Below are positions 59,659-64,000 of a stretch of 64,000 bases of DNA, piece after piece (position 1 is the first letter of the stretch; each line of letters opens with the position of its first letter). The notes beneath the pieces are model-generated. The model was given only the letters and a program-made list of their open reading frames with translations, did not search any database and was not told the origin of the DNA. The DNA is taken from the NCBI GenBank assembly GCA_963816395.1, contig CAWFKQ010000007.1, positions 320,001 through 384,000 on the forward strand, read 5' to 3'. Source of the DNA: an uncultured delta proteobacterium (GTDB taxonomy: Bacteria > Desulfobacterota > Desulfuromonadia > Desulfuromonadales > JACZKF01). The position numbers and the translations under genes are program-made.

Positions 59659-62600
59659 TCACGGCGGCCCGCCGCGGCGCCAGAACACCTCGGTCTCGAT
59701 ATCCAGCCGGTAGCCGCCACCCGCGCGGTCCCACCGATCGGCAATTGTTTTCTTCAGTGCGGCGAGACGCTCCCGTACCAGACCTTCCTCTTCGACATCG
59801 GCCAGATACGACAGGCGCAGCACGGCCGGGGCCTTCTTCAGTTCCGCGATCAGCTGGGGAATCTTCGGCGCCCACTGCAGCCGCAGTTCGGTCGTCGCTG
59901 GTTCGAACACGCCGTCGGCGATGTCCAGAGCGACTATCCGGTGGATCGTCGCGCCGAAGTTGAACTTCAGCATCTTGCCGCGCGTGGCGCGCTGGACCCG
60001 CGGGTTCTCGGTGGTCACCCGATAGCCGGTCGGCAGGGTGCGATCATCCAGCTTGAGGATGAAGTTGCTGCCGCGATCCTGGTCGGGTACCATCGCACAG
60101 GTGATGTGGAAGCGGCCGTACTCGTCGGTGGTGCCGATCAGACCGCGGACCGTCACTACCCGGACCCCGGCCAGCCCCTGCTCCTCCGGGTCCTGATAAC
60201 CGTTCAGATTGCGGTCGTCGAATACCTTGCCGATCACGTCGGTGCAGTCGAAGGTCGGGTCCGGGATGACCCGCACCGAAGCGGTGGCTTCGCCGGAGGC
60301 GGTGCCGCCGGTGGCGGAGTTGACGACCTGCGCCCGGTTGACGTATTCGCCTTCGGAGACGCCGGCGCCGACGACCAGCAGCAGCTGCAGCGTATGGCGG
60401 TCCTTGGCCTGCAGTTCGAGTCCGTCCCAGAGCAGTTGCCGGCCGCTGAGGCGCGGCTCGCGCGGCTGGCCGTCCAGGCGGGCGGAGCCTTCCACGTATT
60501 TGAACCCGGCCGGGAAGCGATCGACGATGCCGATGTCGTAGAGCGGCACGCCGAACAGGTTGTTCACGGTGATCGTGTACGGCACCAGCTGTCCCTTGGT
60601 CACGTTGATCAGCGACGAGGTCTTGGTAATGGCCACGGCCCCAGCCAGCTCCGGGTCGACCGGGATGTGGTTGTTGAAGGCCTGGCTTTGCCCGGGCATG
60701 AGCCCGTTGCTCAGGGTGAGGTGCAGGTGATAGAGGGTGCCGCCCGTGCGCGGTGCGACCGACAGCGGCGGCAACGAAGCGGAGGCCGTCACCTCGCAGT
60801 ACTCGGCGGTGGCCGGTATCGCATCATCGGTACTGCCGGGACAGGCCGGCACGGAGAACGGCGCCGTCGCCTCGTCCCCGGGCGGAATGATCTGCGACGG
60901 CCCCGTCACGTAACCGGCGGCCGGCGGCGTCACCTCGATGAAATAGGCGGCGCCCGGCTGGCAGGAGGGATCGCTGAAGTTCAGGTCGAACTTGTAGAAG
61001 CCATCCAGGGCCGTGACCTGATTCTGCTGCGCCGGATCATCGAAACACCGGCTCGGCAGGGGCGCATTGGTCGCCGCGTTCAACAGCTCCAGTCTGGCGC
61101 CGGCCACCGGCGTCCGCATAACCGAGTTGTACACCACCCCGTCGGGGGTGATCGGCAGGTTCAGCCCCTGCAGATTGCCGCCGGAGGCGACGGTAATGCC
61201 GCTGATCCGCTGCGGGCCGTTGGTGAACGGCGAGTCGGCATTGCCCAGCGATGGGGTATTCTGGCCCGCACCCGAGGCGCGGAAGCGCAGTTCGTAGGTC
61301 TCCGCGGCCCCGGCGTTGGGCACCAGGCCGCTGAGCCGGTAGGCGCCGTCGGCATCGGTAAGCGCGGTCGCAAGCAGCTGGCCACTGGCATAAAGCTCGA
61401 CTGACCAGCCCGCGAGGTGCTGCTCGCTGCCATCGAAGAGTTTGTCCAGGTTCGCGTCGTGCCAGACGCTGCCGTTAAGGCTCGCACTCCCCGGCGTGCC
61501 CCCCAGATCGAGCGATACGCTGGCGGCGGCGCTCTGCGCCGGATCACTCCAGCGGACGACGCCGGTATTGGCGATGGTCGTTCCGATCGGCAGCCCCTGG
61601 TTGATCTGCACGCGGAAGCGCACGACGGCGCCGGCACCCGGCTGCAGATCGCCGAGGACCGCGGCATAGTCCGCGGTGAGCAGCGACCCGGCATAGCTGA
61701 CTCCCGCCGCGGCACCGTTCAGGGTGCCCGAACCGGCGACGTAGGCCACCTGGTCGCCCAGGGGCGGTCCCAGGTCATCGGTCACGACGACCCGCGTGGC
61801 CGGCAGGCTGCCGACGTTGGTCACCCGGAGCACGTACTCCAGCTGGCCGCCGGCCACGGCGGAACCGCCGCCGACGACCTGCACTTCCTTGCTTATGGCG
61901 AGCAGCTGGACGTCGCCGACCACGACGACCGTCGGCTGGTAGCCGTTGTCCGGCAGGCCATCGGCGTCGGTCGGTTCCGGCGGCAGCTCGGTGCAGGCAA
62001 CGCTCCCCTGGTTGCTGATGACGGTGCCCGCCGGCACGCCGTCGTTGACCCTGACATCGAAGGTGACCAGGACGCTGCCGGCCGCCTGGATGCCGGCGCG
62101 AACCGTCGGAGTGCAGCGCCAGGCCGGCGGTCAGCGGCGACACGCCGCCGTCGGCCCCCACCGCCGCGCCGTTCAGACGCAGGGAATCCGCCACATAGGT
62201 GGTGTTGGCGGGAACGGGATCGGTGAGCACCACGCCGGTGGCCGGGATGGCGCCGGAATTGTCGACGCGGATGGTGTAGCGCAGCACGTCGCCCGGATCG
62301 ACGATCCCCGGGGAACCGAGGTCCTGCTGGATCTGCACGGTCTTCTGGGCGCCCAGCAGCGGCAGGTTGCCCACCACGTTGCGGGTCGGGTCGAGCAGGG
62401 TCGGCGTCGCCGGGTCGTCGGAAGGCTGCGCCGGCTGCGCGCCGCTGCCGGCGCCGGAGCCTGCCACGAAACCCTGGTTCTCGATGATCAGCCCGTTCAT
62501 GACGCCCGGGTCGACCACCACGTCGAAGGTCACCGTGGCGACATTCGTCGCCCCCGGCGCCGCGTCGGCCCGCAGGTAGCCGGTCCTGGCGTCCTCCGGC

Positions 62601-64000
62601 GCGTTGACCGCCATCCCCGTTTGCAGCGGGCTGACGCCGGGGCTCGGGTCGGGCACGGCGCTGCCGTTGAGGGTCGTGCTGTTCGCCACGTAGCTGGTGT
62701 TGGCGGGAATGTTGTCGCGAAGACGGACATTCACCGCATCCTCGGTCCCGATATTCCTGATGGTGAGGGTGTAGCGCAGGGTGCCGCCGGCCATGAGGAC
62801 CGGGCTGGCGCCCAGCACCGTCGAGGTCTTCCATACCTGGAAGGTCGGTGCCGAGGTGATCAGCGTCGCCGTCGGGTCCTCGTCGCCGAGGACGTTGGGA
62901 TCGTCGGGACCGTTGACGTTGGGATCGTCGCTGTAGATGGGATTGGGGTTCGTGGAGATGATCTGGGCCTGGTTGAGCACCTTCGTGCCGCTGGTGATCA
63001 CCGGCGCCAGCTTGGCCTCGAACTCGACGACGAGGGTGTCGTTGGCCTCCCCCTGGGCGCCGATGCCGAGGTTGCCGACCTTCACCAGCCCGGTGCCCTC
63101 GGCGCCGCCCGTCCCGCTGGTGCCCGTGATGTCGGCCCCGGCGGGAACGCTGACCAGCTTCAGGCTGCCGGGGGCGAACATGCCGGTCGCGTTCAGGCGG
63201 TCGAGCTCATCGACGATGGAGAAGGACGGCAGCCCCACGGTGCCGGTACTGGTGACCTGGATGGTGTAGCGCAGGGTGTCGCCGGGACTGGCGCCGCTGC
63301 CCGGATTCTGCCCGGTGGTCACGTTCTGCACGGTCTTGCGGAACACCAGAATGGGCGCTTCGGTGGTGACCGTATGCGCATCCTGATGGTCGAGGGTGCC
63401 CGGCGTGCCGTCGGTCAGGTCGCGGATGTAGATGTGCGGCGCACCGGCCGGCGACTTGGCGGGGTCGGCGCTGAGCCAGCGCGTCACCCCGGCGATGTTG
63501 GTCAGCGCGATCCCGTTCGCGGTGCCCGGCTCGAGTTCGGCGTCGTAACGAACGAGCAGGCGCTGATCCGGCGCCAGCCCACCGGCGGGCGACAGCAGGT
63601 CGATGCTCCATTCGCAGGTGGGGTCGCCGGCGAAGTTCACCGCGAAACCGGTCCCCGGCGCCAGGGGAGCGGAGACGGCCGTCACCCCGTCGGCCTGGAA
63701 AATCTGCGCCGTCACGTTGCTCGGGGCGGCGCACATTCCCCCCTGCGGGCCATGGGGGAGGCGATCGGTGATGGTCGGGTTCCAGGCGGTGGCCGCGCTC
63801 GGATTGTGAATATTCAGGGTGAAGGTCGCGGGGTTGCCCGCCTTCATGGTCAGCGGACCACTCTTCTCCAGGGTGAGCGCCTCGGGACCGGTGATGCTCA
63901 TGTTGCCCGTGGTGTCAGCGCCTCCGGGAGACCGGGTCGCCGGGTCGTTGTCGATCCGGTCGTAGGTATACGAGGCGGTGTTGTTGAACTGCAGGCCGCT
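59659..64000 (-). CDS. Giant DUF11 (conserved repeat domain) / SdrD-B-like Ig-repeat surface protein, 5' end outside the window (frameshift near 62095)
   Basis: At least six repeats of K..PG..L.Y.....N.G......D..P..YV.GS....N; SdrD-B-like GSVWHDANLDK and IGKVFDDRNLNGYQD. Confidence 0.88.

Overview
GC-rich chromosomal window, probably from a Desulfuromonadales/Geobacterales deltaproteobacterium. The supporting evidence is a GSU3473-family gene, a Desulfuromonadales-type HcpR/Fnr box and several families of short palindromic repeats. Many genes are broken by single-base indels, most likely long-read consensus errors, so gene limits below are reconstructed across frames. The window has three blocks. 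(1) 1-15 kb is a mixed stress/housekeeping block: crotonase, an Fe-S + YgbA-like pair, CsbD, two PRC-barrel proteins, DUF1328, ppsA, otsB, a GT2-GtrA insert, a DMT transporter, a tautomerase, DUF202, SpoIIM-like, an NTP transferase, archaemetzincin and murB. (2) 15-43 kb is a sigma54-driven acyl-CoA/branched-chain acid catabolic cluster: icmF, a PAS-sigma54 activator, a LIV-type ABC transporter with embedded CoA ligases, a CoA-transferase, a thioesterase, a crotonase, two acyl-CoA dehydrogenases and liuABCDE. (3) 43-64 kb is one minus-strand envelope operon. It joins a giant DUF11/isopeptide-type Ig-repeat protein and a giant multi-OmpA/beta-barrel protein to three TPR proteins, a MotA/TolQ/ExbB + 2x ExbD motor and an AgmX/GltG-like TonB-type transducer, resembling the core of the myxobacterial Agl-Glt machinery. 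This operon is the best candidate for an undescribed system (PMF-powered export or display of a giant adhesin). Five of its gene junctions carry a GATC-nonamer palindromic element. No rRNA, tRNA, CRISPR array or transposase was seen.
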